Source: Octopus sinensis (Eukaryota). From it: a stretch of DNA of 64,000 nucleotides. A model generated the notes under the pieces. The model was not told where the DNA came from. It did no database searches and saw only the letters and a list, made by a program, of their open reading frames with translations. Shown piece by piece: positions 1-12,495 of the stretch; position 1 is the stretch's first letter, and each line of letters opens with the position of its first letter. The stretch lies in contig NC_042999.1 in the NCBI RefSeq assembly GCF_006345805.1, positions 76,694,001 through 76,758,000 of the forward strand, in the 5' to 3' direction. The position numbers and the translations under genes were made by a program.

Positions 1-50
1 CACCGCGGACGGTGCGTTGCTCTCATGGACATCACATTTAACAATCACTG
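1..50 (+). CDS. Candidate internal exon of gene 1 (5' end off-window), ...TADGALLSWTSHLTIT(G)
   Basis: GC-richer island, open in frame 2, donor actg|gtttag at 50/51, phase 1, compatible with the microexon at 3067. Other frames and the minus strand are also open here. Confidence 0.3.
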
Positions 51-589
51 GTTTAGTACTCTTAGCTGTAAAACATAAGAACTCTTGATTGTTCGGCACG
101 TGTCAGTAAATTATGAAACTAGAACTACAAGCTACACATTTTCTCTTGATAAATACATTTTATCTACCTTGTATTTGTCTTGATCGATATATTATTTAGC
201 ACCGTCATAACTTGAGATTCATCAACACTTCATACCTAACAAATAAACTGCTCATTCCCCTTGAAGCTTCCCTGATTGCAATTGGCACTTCTACATTAAA
301 AAGAAAAAAATTCCTGTTCTAACAGAATATATAATCAACATTGCAGCATCAATAAAATTTCAACCTTGCAACAATTAAATCCCTATACAAATTGGATTTC
401 AAACTCTTCGAATCATTAAGTAACAGTATTGGGATCTAACATACTATTATTTACCCTAATTTACAATCATTTAAACCTGTAACCATGTTCAAAGCATTAA
501 AAGTTATGGTTTTTATGATATAAAATGGAATTCTCTATTTCAACGTTCTTCGTTCAGATTACAGTAGTCAAATCTCTCTACCCCCAACC

Positions 590-632
<43 letters not shown>

Positions 633-1494
633 CTTCCTATAAAATAAGTGCCAGTCAGGCACAGGAGTTAATTAAAACATTTGTATTACTTTTCAGCAGA
701 ACTCATATCTAACACGAATGTGAGAACATGATTATAGGTCAGAATCATTTTCAGACACAGTGATTTAGGTGGAGGGGGAAACCCAGCTTATAAGCGTAAG
801 ATAAAGTTGTGCAAGAGAGATCAAATGTAATAAATAGTATTACTTAACCTCTAGTTTGAAATTAATTGATGTTGGAGTCTAGCTATGAAACTACCCTTCT
901 TAGACATTCAATATAAATGCCCCATGTAGTTCAAGGACAATCAGGGCAATTTGATTATTTGCGTGTTTTATGTTCATATGTCTGAATTTCTTTCACTTCG
1001 ATAAAATAGACACGAAGAGTTCAACCATCCACTCCAAAATAAATATAACTATACGCTAGTTCTAATTAGAATCCGCTTCGGTTTGGGGCTTCTTAGTTGT
1101 TTTGATATTTGTGTTAATATTTATTTGGACGAGACACAGAATTAGTTTATGTAGAAAATGTGGGTGCATTGCTACGGTAATTTGTTTTATTTGAGTTAAC
1201 TATCGATTACTCAGAAAGATATTATAGAAGCTAGTGTAGTTCTTTGAAACGATGTCAGCATACTAGTAGTATATCTTATATAGATCACCAGATAGATTTC
1301 GAACAGAATCGGATATAAGATTTGAATGTATAAGTCAAGGGTCGTAGCTAAACACTAATGCATTTAATCCGGAATCCTTTCGGTTCTGCCAATCTATCAG
1401 CTATAGTTGAGATAATAATGACTTTTATAGGGAAGGCACCAAGGCTAGGGTTTATAATAGACAGAATAGATTTCAATGTATTACTTTTGTTACT

Positions 1495-1645
1495 TGTTAT
1501 TGTTGTTTGGCGCCACGATCTGTTCCAGTAAACCTATGAATAAATGCATTCTTGAGAGTTAGGTATATATGGGACAACATTATTTAATGTATCCTTGTCT
1601 TTTGAAGAAACTATTGTGCTTTGATGAAGATTTAGCTGCTATTTT
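1495..1645 (-). mobile_element. SINE family D fragment ((CAA)n tail)
   Basis: Reverse of aatagcagctaaatc..ggatacatt..ctaaacaacaac; related pieces near 1943, 7430, 15300, 33500, 34170, 35130, 40230, 46440, 61880 and 63300. Confidence 0.55.
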
Positions 1646-2659
1646 ACTTTTCGGGTTACCATATACAGCCTCAGTCACTATCTTGACTATTAGTTTATCC
1701 CAGTAGTATAATAGCTAAATTATAGTTACCATGAGAAAAGAAAACAATCCTGACGTTTCTGTGCCAACTTATTTTATCAAAGGAGAGAAATGTGAATTCA
1801 TGGTGCTGTGATCGAAACGTATTTTATCGGAATGTAAAAGAACAAACCTAAACAATAAGGCGTTAAGTATAAATTGTTATCTCACAACTCATCGCTTTTC
1901 AAACCAACAAGAGAGCTTTTACATGCATAAAACTAAAAAGACGGGATAGTCACTAATGAAATGTTTTTCAGTATAAGTCTGTTCAGTGAAGACTGTCCTG
2001 AGACTAAACGTCAACAACATCTTACCAACTTTGGCTAGCAATGCTATTATTATTTTATTGCTTAGATTTTGTTGTGATTTACAGCTAAGAATATTATTAC
2101 GAAGTGGAGTATATTTATAATATATGGGAAAGAATATATCACTAATATATGAAATATTAATGTTCATGATATGTTTATTTATTTGTCTTTACCATAAATT
2201 TTGTGAAAGCAGTCCATTGTAGCGCAAAAATGCTCCGAGTAGTGAAACAGAAACTCTTCTGCTTAAAATAACTTCCAGTACATTTCCGGGGCCTGTCACC
2301 CTGAAAACTGAAGAATATTGTTGCCTGGTTTTCAATGCGGAAAAGAAGAAAGGCAATTTACGATGTTGCGGGAAAAAAGTGGTTGAGTAAAGGAATGTAA
2401 AGATACTGTAAGATATACATTTGAGATAGAAATAGAAAGTGAAGCAATAGACAGTAAGACAAAACATAAGATGAGAAAATAGCGTTATTCCTTACTAAAA
2501 AGGCTTCGTCCGAAAGCGATAACTATAACCAGTTCCCACTGAATATGTAAGGTTTACAAGTAAGGTGTATTTATACGTATATGCATATATATGTGTGTGT
2601 GCATGTGCGCGCATGCACACGCACACACAAGCGCGTACACATTCTCTTTCACACACATT

Positions 2660-2690
2660 TAGATAGACAGACAGACAGACAGACAGATAA

Positions 2691-2774
<84 letters not shown>

Positions 2775-2803
2775 TTGCGAGTTTCCGTGTGCCTGCAAGT
2801 ATG

Positions 2804-2857
<54 letters not shown>

Positions 2858-2860
2858 AAG
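2660..2860. repeat. Compound microsatellite (GACA)n(GATA)n(CA)n(TA)n
   Basis: Direct reading. Confidence 0.95.
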
Positions 2861-3066
2861 TGCGTGTGTGTGTCTGTACACGTGTGTTATATTCTTTTGT
2901 AGTGGTTTATTGGAATGCAAGTAAAAATTTTCTGAGTACAAAAAATATATATATTTCTGTTACAAATAATATATGTATGTTGTGTTTGAAATAAGAGATT
3001 TATGTAGAATTACTATGATTCTCATACAACAAATTGGCCACTAACACGGTTCTTTATTTCTCCCAG

Positions 3067-3087
3067 GCAACGCTGGCTATTCTTCTG
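3067..3087 (+). CDS. Candidate 21-nt microexon of gene 1, (G)NAGYSS
   Basis: Strong acceptor ttctttatttctcccag|, donor ctg|gtgcgt (alternative |gtgagt after 3093). Symmetric length; the phase 1 reading joins 15553 as GYSSDTTESDGS. Confidence 0.4.
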
Positions 3088-3396
3088 GTGCGTGTGAGTA
3101 TGTGTCTTTGTGTGTGTGTGTGTGTCTGTGTGTCTGTGTCTGTGTCTGTGTGTGTATGTCATGTATATATGTATATTATATATACGTGTGTGCATTTATG
3201 CAGATATGTGTGTATGTATACATATATAAGAATATAAAGCCCTTGTATAATTTTAAATTATAAATTGTTAATAACTTTTCTTCTATAAATGATAGAATTA
3301 ATTAGTAAGAAACAGCTAGAAGCTTGATGTCTCTGATTTATCATAATCAGCCCAACAAGAATGTATTAGCATTGATTTTTTAATTGAAAAACAAAT

Positions 3397-3773
3397 AACA
3401 AGAGCAGTCAGAGAGCGCAAACCTCTGCCAAGGCAACACCAACGACCTCTCAACGATTAGCCACAGATGATTTTTAAAATGAGATTATCTGAAATATATT
3501 CGACTGCTCTCACAAACGAGAATACTAAAAATGAACCCAACTGCTTTCAGAGAAACAGGAAAAATAATCCAGAATCCTTGTCCGGTACCGGCTCGATCCC
3601 AAAATCTAATCCGTTCATACCAGTCACAATGCCAAACACCCCTGAAAGTTTCATCCGAATTGTAGGTAGACAAGATATCTTAAGAACCGCTGATTCTTGA
3701 GATATCTTGTCCACGGACAAGCAAACAAACACGACTGAACCAATACCTCCGCCTTCGCTAAGGCGGAGGTAAT
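3397..3773 (-). mobile_element. Non-autonomous Helentron-like element (HINE/DINE-type)
   Basis: 5' palindrome tacctccgcctt-cgct-aaggcggaggta (3744-3771), short (GTTT)n tract, 3' subterminal inverted copy (acctctgcc, 3421-3429) followed by a degenerate gcgctc..gactgc hairpin, T-rich ends. Confidence 0.65.
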
Positions 3774-4273
3774 GATAATTTCTTCAACTTTATTTTGTAG
3801 CAGTTTGTAATGAGTATTATTTATACAACTAAACCTCATGTCAGCTAGATAACTACTATGACTCGGAATATCTCTAAAATGTGCAGCAAAACATATTTTT
3901 AAAACTTTAGAATCATACCAGAGTTTCTATACGTAATATCATTGGATATAGGAAGAATTTACTTTCTTAAGTGAGTAAAATCTAATAAATTTATTCACTC
4001 ATACTTTTCAAGGATTAATTCTCCTATATATCGAATTAAAATTATACAAATTTAAAATAGCAAAAGGACTTTTTAACGACCCAGTATTGCTGGTGTTTAT
4101 TGGGATTTATTTTTGTAGACCCAAGAGTGATTGGATGTGCATGTGATATTAAGAAATATCATAAGTGCAAATAAAATAAACATACGTATATTTAGCATAT
4201 AAATACCGAATATTGCAAGCAAGGTATATAAGGTATTCACTCACCTCCCCCGATTTAAAGCACAAAAAATCTC

Positions 4274-4347
<74 letters not shown>

Positions 4348-5059
4348 TTCTTTTTCCCTCTGTTTGGTTAATTTTTCCATTATTTTTTAATGATAAAATC
4401 AGAAAAGAAATTTCTATCATCGTACGAGTAGAGAGGATGAAGGCAAAAAAATAATAATAATAAATAAATAAAATCTAAATAAAACAAATATATAAACAAG
4501 CAAACAAACAAACAAAAGGTTGGTTGATCGACCTCCAAATTCAAAAGTTCAAATATTGATAATTCTATTTAAAGAAAAACAACAAAACAAGTCTTTGTTT
4601 TTTGTTTTTGTTTTTTTTATTGTTTTTTTTTTTGCTTTTCATTTAGAAGAATGTTGACGTAAAAAGAAAGATGAAAAAATAATGCTGCTGCTGCTATTAC
4701 TACTACTACTACTATCATTATTAATACTACTACTATTACTGATTCTTTTTTTTAAACTCCCTAATTTTTAACTTTCAGTTTCTCTTTTTCATTAAAACGA
4801 TTTTTATGCTACAATGATGCAATGGATAGTTTTAAAAATTTGTATAGTTCTTGTGGTTAATATTGCTATTATTAAGGTTGTTATTATTGTCAATGCTGTC
4901 GTTGCTGCATGCTGTTGATGTTGTTGTTATTGTTATTGTTGCAGCTGCTGATAAGGATGTTAATCTTATTGTAGACATTGATGTCATTGTTGTTGTTGTT
5001 GTTATTGTTATTGACCATTTTTTAAAAATTTTCGTTTCATTTTTTAATCGCTATTGTCA

Positions 5060-5077
5060 TCGTCAATGTAGTTGTTG

Positions 5078-5109
<32 letters not shown>

Positions 5110-5345
5110 GGTGGTGTTGGTGGTGGTGGTGGTGTTGGTGGTGGTGGTGGTACTGGGAGTGGTGGTACTGGTGGTGGTTGTGGTGGTGAAGGTGGTGGTG
5201 GTTCTCGTGGTAAGAGATGTCTTGTTACTAATATTCTACATGTTGTTGCCACTGATAATACTTCTGATATTACTGCTACTGTTATTAAAGCTGCTGCTGC
5301 TGTTGCTACTGCTGCTGCTGTTGTTGCTACTGCTGCTGCTGCTGC
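5060..5345. repeat. Trinucleotide tracts (GTT)n(GGT)n(GCT)n
   Basis: Direct reading. Confidence 0.95.
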
Positions 5346-5573
5346 CGCTGCCTTGACGTCGCGCCATTTCTTAATTCCGTTTCCTACTATTCTTGAATCG
5401 CCATTGTCGCCCCATTATTTTTGCTGTTATCAATGTTATTGTTATACATCTCTATATTGTATTTATTGGTACTTGTTCTTGGGGTGGTTCTTCTTGCTAT
5501 TTAGCCACAGGTCAGCCGAGATCAAGTAAACAGATGACGAGCCGTGATTATAAAAACCTTTTGAATATCTATG

Positions 5574-5960
5574 ACATTGTTCCGGGTTCAGTCCCACTAC
5601 GTGGCACCTTGGGCAAGTGTCTTCTACTATAGCCTCGGGCCGACCAAAGCCTTGTGAGTGGATTTGATAGACGGAAACTGAAAGAAACCTGTCGTATATA
5701 TGTATATATGTGTGTGCGTGTCTATGTGTGTGCGTGTCTATGTGTGTGCGTGTGTATGTGTGTGTGTTTGTGTTTGTCCTCCCGCCATCTCTTGACAACA
5801 GATGGTGGTGTGTTTACGTCCCCGTAACTTAGCGGTTTGACAAAGTGACCGATAGAATAAGTACTAGGCTTACAAAGAATAAGTCCTGGGGTCGATTTGC
5901 TCGACTAAAAGCGGTGCTCCAGCATGACCGCACTCAAATGACTGAAACAAGTAAAAGAGT
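5574..5960 (+). mobile_element. SINE family A (internal microsatellite), 5' truncated
   Basis: ccgggttcagtcccac..ccttgggcaagtgtcttc, internal (TG)n, 3' gcggtgctccagcatg..tgactgaaacaagtaaaagag; shared with 16141 and 53522. Confidence 0.85.
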
Positions 5961-6249
5961 ATACATATCTTCCAATGCGCACCTTTATTGTTTGAGACTG
6001 TTGTGTGTGATTTGAGCGTTTGGTTTCTATTTATAACAGATCGAGTGACCGCGAATAGGCTAACTTCTTGTTTTGTTATCGTTGTTGTTATTGGTGGCGG
6101 TGGTGGCGGCAGTGATTGTGTGATGGTGGCGTAGTGGTAGTAGTCGTGATGGTGGGGGGCTAATGGTAATGATTGGAAGGTATGTTGATATTGTTATTGT
6201 GGGATTGCGTTGTTACTGTTAACGTTAATGGTGATGGTAGTGGAATAGT

Positions 6250-6290
6250 GATATTGTTATTACTATTACTATTATTATTATTATTATTAT

Positions 6291-6338
<48 letters not shown>

Positions 6339-6487
6339 GGACAGAGGTGGTGGTGATTGTGGTGATGATTGTGGTGATGATCGTGGTGGTGGTGGTGGTG
6401 GTTGTAGTGTTGGCGGTAGTAGTAGTAGTAGTAGTTGTGGCTGTGGTGGTGGTGATTGTGGTGGGGTGGTAGTAGTGGTGGCGGTAT

Positions 6488-6531
<44 letters not shown>

Positions 6532-6640
6532 ACGGTATTAGTAGTAGTAGTGGCGGTGGTGGGGATGATTGTGGTGGGGTGGTTGTAGTGGTGGTGGTGA
6601 TGGTAGTAGTGGTGGCGGTAGTAATAGTAGTAGTAGTTGT
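6250..6640. repeat. Trinucleotide mosaic (TTA)n(GTA)n(GGT)n
   Basis: Direct reading. Confidence 0.95.
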
Positions 6641-7030
6641 TCTTGTTATTGAAGTTGCCCTGTTTTCTTATTAAACTACTATTTTATTATTCAATCTTAC
6701 TATTGATACTGTTGCTACTTTTTGTTGTTACTATTGCTACAACTGCTGTTGTTGTTGTCGTTGTTGTTGTTATTGTTGTTGTTGTTGCTGTTTTTGCCTT
6801 ATGTAATGTTATATTTTTCAATAAATTCCATTCGTATGATGTAACTTGGAGGTATGAAAATGAATAAAAAAAAATTAAAGCGGAAAAGAAAACGAAATAG
6901 AAAAAAAAAATTACATATTTCAGAGGTGAAAAGAATTACATTTTGAGCAATTCTTTCGTTTTGTTATGTTTTATTGAACTTCATTTTTAGCCAGAACATA
7001 GAGGAGACTATGGAAACAGTTTCAAGGAAA

Positions 7031-7061
<31 letters not shown>

Positions 7062-7495
7062 AAACAGAAATTTCTTTATCCTAATACATTGTTGAAAATA
7101 AATAAATAAATAAATAAATAAATAGATAAATAAATATGAATTGATGCAAATAAATATATATGTGTGTATTGATGGATGGAGAGAGAGAGAGAGAGAGAGA
7201 GAATTAGACAGACAGATAGACAGACAGGCAGGCAGGCAGACAGACGGACAGACGGACAGACAAACAGACAGACAGACAGGCAGGCAGGCATCAGGCAAAC
7301 AGACAGACAGACAGACAGAATGTGTTCTTTTGTAAGACAGCAGTCTATGATTTGAAATAGATTTAGTTGCTCTTTCTAACAGGTCGAGCACACATGCATA
7401 TTCTCTTTTGTCGGCTCGTTTGCGACTCTTTGTTGTTGTTTGATGCCAGGTCAACCCTGATCAAGAAGCACTATGATTAAAATATTACATTAAAG

Positions 7496-7879
7496 CAGAG
7501 GTTCTTAACGTGGGCGGTGTCGAAGGGGGGCGGTGAAAGGGTGGTGAAGTAACATAATTAACATACTAAATTTTGCCTATAATAATAAATATATTATGCA
7601 TGGTAAAATTAGTAATGATTAGTAAAATAAAATAAACTCAACAGACACAAGGAAGTCATTAACTTGCAATGTATAAAGCAAATTTACAACTCTTGTCTTT
7701 ATCAATTTTTTAATCGTTTTACTGTTAAAAGCTTATACAATCCAATTTTAAAGTACAATTTATAAATTACCATCTATGTTAAGTTAGTTTAATCGTGATA
7801 CCTCACTCGCAACGTAGCCGGGTGCTAGGCATAGCAACTATTAAAGGAAGGCGCTACAGTAAAAGCTTAAAAACCACTA
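7496..7879 (+). mobile_element. hAT (Charlie-like) MITE
   Basis: Imperfect TIRs cagaggttcttaac / gcttaaaaaccacta (10 of 14 match); 8-bp flanks only partly alike (cattaaag / catttgca). Confidence 0.5.
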
Positions 7880-8087
7880 CATTTGCAAAAGACCCAACGG
7901 AGGAATTTATAATTTGTTGATCGATCTGATTGAGAAGAACCAAATCTATACCGACTTAAGAACAGTCTAAATAATGTGTACCTGGCTACGTTGTACATTA
8001 GAAAAGGACAGGGTGGTCACAGCTACTAGCAATCAAAACTTTTTTCTTCTTGAATTGGAGAAAGAAGTAATCCTGTAGTCTTTGTAG

Positions 8088-8401
8088 AACCTCCGAGACT
8101 GGTGCTATTAACGTCCCGTTTAAAGAGTTCCAGGTCATGATCTTCAAGAAAGACATGAACATGGAGAAAGAAGATTCCTTAAGGTTCATGTTCTGGGAAG
8201 GACTAAACACTGTGGTTAGTGCAAGGCAGAGGGTTTTGAACGCATCAAGAGTGATAAATGGTGAAAGATGAGAGGTTGCCTGAATTTGTAGAGCTACGAG
8301 ACCAGCCAGTTCGAAACAGCTGAACCCATTAAAGGACACGAGCGACCTACAACAAATAACAGCGAAATTTCCTTCAAACTATGTCCTACGGTCTTCGATA
8401 G
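8088..8401 (+). mobile_element. Coding-like island, possible degenerate Ty3/Gypsy gag fragment
   Basis: Plus frame TSETGAINVPFKEFQVMIFKKDMNMEKEDSLRFMFWEGLNTV has high GC3 and purine-rich position 1; EF..E..L..F.EGL spacing recalls retrotransposon gag. Frameshifts follow downstream. Two host exons are an alternative. Confidence 0.3.
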
Positions 8402-9488
8402 GTGAATTAATATATTCGGTATGATTCTGAACACACACTGTTGGGATAGTCACTATTGGAACGACCTTGATCACGATCGTAGGTCTGCTCATTTAAAGCT
8501 GATGTAAGACCGAGTAAACTATAACAGCAACAATGCATAAGTCAGGTAACATTAAAAAAACGCTGTGACAATGAGAAACTTAACGAGCATGGATGAAAGT
8601 AAAAATTGGGAAATTCGGAGAGTGATACATGCAGAGATTAATTTCGAAAATGATAAATAGATTAGAAGCTTGAGAAAGAAGATTGAGAAAGTTTCTGTGA
8701 GATTCACACCATACGGAAATTAAAAATACTACTTCAATGACTGCTTTACACCATTATAATGTAGTAGCAGGAAAAAAGATGTCAGTAATTGCAGATGGCA
8801 AAAGAGTAGAGATGATTAAAGTTAAATCAGATCATATGTGTGCGAGTGCGGGTGTATGTTAGTCTGTATGTATGTGTTTAGGTGTCTGCGTGAATACATC
8901 ATTATAATTGAGTAAATATTCGCTCTCTCTTTCTCTTTCTCCCTCGCTCTCACATACACACATACACACACATAATGGCTTTTTTTCTTTTCCTATTTCT
9001 CAGAGTTAAGGATCATGATGGGAGATTCTAATCAAGGATCAGTTAGGAAACAAAGCAAAGGTTATTATTATCTTAGCACCCAAATTCATTTGGGAAAGGA
9101 AACAACTCGGAAACGAGTGAAGGAGTGCGGAAAAATGAAAGAAATATGAAAGCAACGTGACATGTTGGGTCTTCGTGTGACAATTGTAGAATGACAGACA
9201 AAATGACAACAGGATAAACGTAACTGGCTGTGTGCAGTGATATTTGTGTGAATACGATCAATTTACGTTGTTGCATATGATTATCTGTTTGTTTCTCTGA
9301 GGGACAAGGCGTCTTTGAGTGGAATTTTGAAGCAAAACACTAAAAAAAAAACAATTCTCTATCCTACAACATTCCTTCCCTTATCCGCTGGTAATAATGA
9401 CCAAAAGACCATGGGAAAGAAAAATACGATCACCGCTATTCTTCTATTGTTCCTTGAAACTTTATTATCATTACTTGATTGGCAAGAT

Positions 9489-9700
9489 GGCGAGCTGACA
9501 GAATCGTTAGCATACAAGGAAAAATGCTTAGCGGCATTTCGTCCGTCCTTACGTTCTGAGTTCAAATTCCAGCGAGGTTGATTTAGCCTTTCATCCTTTC
9601 GGAGTCGATGAAGTACTAAAATCAATTTATTTGACTAGCTTATCTGAGTTTAAATTCCGCTGCAGTCATACTTTCCGGGTCGATAAAATAAAGCATCGCT
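9489..9700 (+). mobile_element. SINE family B
   Basis: ggcgagctg..gcttagcggcatttcg..ctgagttcaaattcc..gcctttcatcctttcgg. Confidence 0.75.
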
Positions 9701-9744
9701 TAAGTTCTTCTGAGCACGATGGTATCCAATAATGATAGAAAGGG

Positions 9745-12180
9745 TTAATGTAACTGATAAGCAAAGTGAAATGCTCTCTGAAACAACCATAATCACCAAG
9801 GCAGATGAAAATCAAATAGATGAAGAAAGTCACACAGAAATTGACCCAACAGAAGTAGATGATCTAAAAAAATCAAATGATTGAATGGCTAAAAATTAAA
9901 GAAATCAGTATAAATGAACGTGACTATCTCCCAAACATTCGCAATTCCAACCGAAACCTGAAGGTAAGTGATAAAATCCGCCTGACACTTAAGCAGTGAT
10001 TCCCAAAGTGGGCAGTTCTACCCCCTTGGGGCAGTGGAAAGATCCAAAGATGTTGAAGAGAAGTGGAATGATAATGGGGTGGGCAAAATGTGGTGATAGA
10101 TGTAAAAAAAATGTTAATAGATCAATTCACTAATGAGCAAAAAGGATGCAAACGTGGGTCATATGGTTGTAAAGATCTGCTACTCATCAATAAGATGATC
10201 TTGGAAGATTGTCACAAACGACCAAACGACACAAAAACTTGTCGAAAGCCAGGGCAGACTATAAAAAAGCGTTTCATAGTCTATCACATAGCTGGATTAA
10301 GAAATGTCTGGAAATGTATAAAATAGCACCTACTCCGCAAAACGTCTTGTTTGTAAGTTTGAGATCATGGAAAACCACACTGACTTTGAACAGTGACAAT
10401 GAATCTCGCAATGCTGGTGATATAAGAATTTCAGGTGGCATTTTCCAAGATGAATCTCTATCACCGTTCCTCTTTTGTCTAGCCTTAATACTTCTCTCGA
10501 AATTGCTCGATGATGTGCAATGGCTATAAAATATTTGATAAAAATATAAATCATCTCATTTACATGGATGATTTAAAGCTCTTTACAAAAAGAATTACCA
10601 ACAACTGCAGTACTTACTAGCAATTGTTAAACAATTCAATGATGACATTAGGATGCTATTTCGCCTCTATAAATGCGCAGAAGCTACCTTTATCAAAGGA
10701 AAAATGACAGAAACATCCAACGTTAATCTTGACCAGTAGAATGTCATAAAAAAGTTAGAACCAGCGGGGAGCTACAAATACCTAGGAGTATTTGAAAGTG
10801 ATGGAATCAAACATTCAATGATGAGGCAAAGGATCGGAAGCGAATGTTATCGCAGGGTAAGAGTTAATACTCAAGATTGAAGCGATCAATACTTTAGCCA
10901 TACCGGTCGTGACTTACAGCTTCAATATCATTAACTGGTCAATTATTGAAATATGTAGTCTTGACAGAAAAATATGAAAATTGTTAACAATGTATAGAAT
11001 TCACCACCCTAAGGCAGATATAAAACGACTTTACCTGCCAAGAAAAGAAAGTGGCCGTGTACTTTTACAACTGCAGTTAATAATGAAAATTGCCACAATT
11101 GGCCTAAACACCAAGCTGAAAAACTCTGATGACCGGATGTTAAAACTTGTCTTAAATCTTGAAAACAAGAAAACATGATACTCAATAATAAAACAAGCAA
11201 AGGAATATCTAAGTGAATTCCAAATACAACAAATCCCAGAATTAGAGGTAGTGGAAACAAGCACAGAAAAAGCTAAGCGTATGAAAACTCGTACTAAAAC
11301 TGCTGCCTTAGATATTCTTACTGATAAATGGCAAGAAAAAACCTTTCAATGGCAAATACCCATAGAGAGCTAATAATGCCGATGTTGACAAAACACTTAC
11401 CCATGAATGGTTAGTGTCTTCTTGTTTAAAATCAGAAACAGAAGTGTTTATCATAGCAGCCCAAGATCAATGCCTACCTACAAGGAGGTACCAGGCCAAT
11501 ATATTAAAGAACAGCAGTAGCCCAACAAAATGAAACCATTGATCATGTTATCTCCATGTGCAGTCTTCTTGCGCCTACAAAGTATCTCAACAGGCATGAT
11601 AGAGCAGCACAGTATATTCACTGGGTTATTTACAAAAACCTAGGGCTGCCCCATAATAAAAATTGGTAGGAACACAAACCACCCGCAGTGCTTGAAAATG
11701 ATCACATCTCACTAATGTGGGCTTTCAGCGTTCAAACTGACAGAAAGATTGATGCGAATAGGCCAGATATTATATTGAAAGACTTCAGACAAAAAATCCT
11801 GCCTCTTCATTGATATAACTGTCTCAATCGACATAAACGTATCAGTCAGAACCTACCAAAAACTGAGCAAGTATAAAGATCTTGAAATAGAAATTGACAA
11901 AATGTGGAACCTCAAGACTAAAACAATACCTATTGTCACAGATGCCCTAGAAAAGATAGCAAAAGAAGTTGATTCCTACATAGCTCAGATTCCAGGAAAC
12001 CCCAAAATGGTAGAAATTCAAAAGATACTGTTTTTGTAATTTCAAATTTTAAAACAAACTTATAATTTTCTTATGTTTTCTTAAACACCCTACGCATAAC
12101 ACCAGCTTGAACTTCTAACTTGTTGTCTCTTGGTGAGACTTGGAGTCAACTTGTACAAATACAAAGTAAAAGTCAAACAT
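9745..12180 (+). mobile_element. R4/Dong-clade non-LTR retrotransposon (RT plus restriction-like endonuclease), pseudogenised
   Basis: Frameshifted motifs QKGCKRGSYGCKD, DYKKAF, IFQDESLSP, YMDDLKL, RLYLPRKESGR, IAAQDQCLPT, NRPDI, KYKDLEIEI; 3' UTR followed by (TAA)n at 12181. Confidence 0.9.
9994..10130 (+). mobile_element. hAT MITE left end within the LINE
   Basis: cagtgattcccaaagtgggc resembles the left end at 7496 and sits where the LINE N-terminal region is joined to the RT. Confidence 0.5.
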
Positions 12181-12208
12181 ATAATAATAATAATAATTAT
12201 TATTATTA

Positions 12209-12266
<58 letters not shown>

Positions 12267-12285
12267 CATCATCATCATCATCATA
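12181..12285. repeat. (TAA)n then (TTA)n(TCA)n
   Basis: Converging tails of the LINE (+) and a SINE B (-). Confidence 0.95.
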
Positions 12286-12289
12286 ATCC

Positions 12290-12495
12290 TTTCTACTAAA
12301 GGCCAGAAATTTTAAGGGAGGGGCCTAGTCGATTACATCGGTCCAGTGTTTCACTAGTGCTTAATTTATCGACCCTCGAAAGAATGAAAAGCAAAGTCGA
12401 CTTCGGTGGTATTTGAACTCAGAATGTAACGAAGGGCGAAATACCGCTAAGCATTTTGCCCGGCGTACTAATGCTTTTACTAGCTCGCTGCCTTA
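12290..12495 (-). mobile_element. SINE family B
   Basis: Reverse complement of the family B core, with a trinucleotide tail toward 12196. Confidence 0.8.

Noticed and set aside
1-65. Minus-strand exon KSTKPVIVKCDVHESNAPSAV with acceptor tgttttacag, Ig-like
   Set aside because: No phase-compatible upstream partner found with confidence; only 65 nt visible. Left unresolved.
7998-8339. Minus-strand 113-aa ORF with LKIMTWN, like an AP endonuclease start
   Set aside because: Codon bias favours the plus strand, and no other endonuclease motifs follow.
9074-9120. Acceptor attattatcttag with short open frames
   Set aside because: Several frames possible and donors weak; could not be placed in the gene model.
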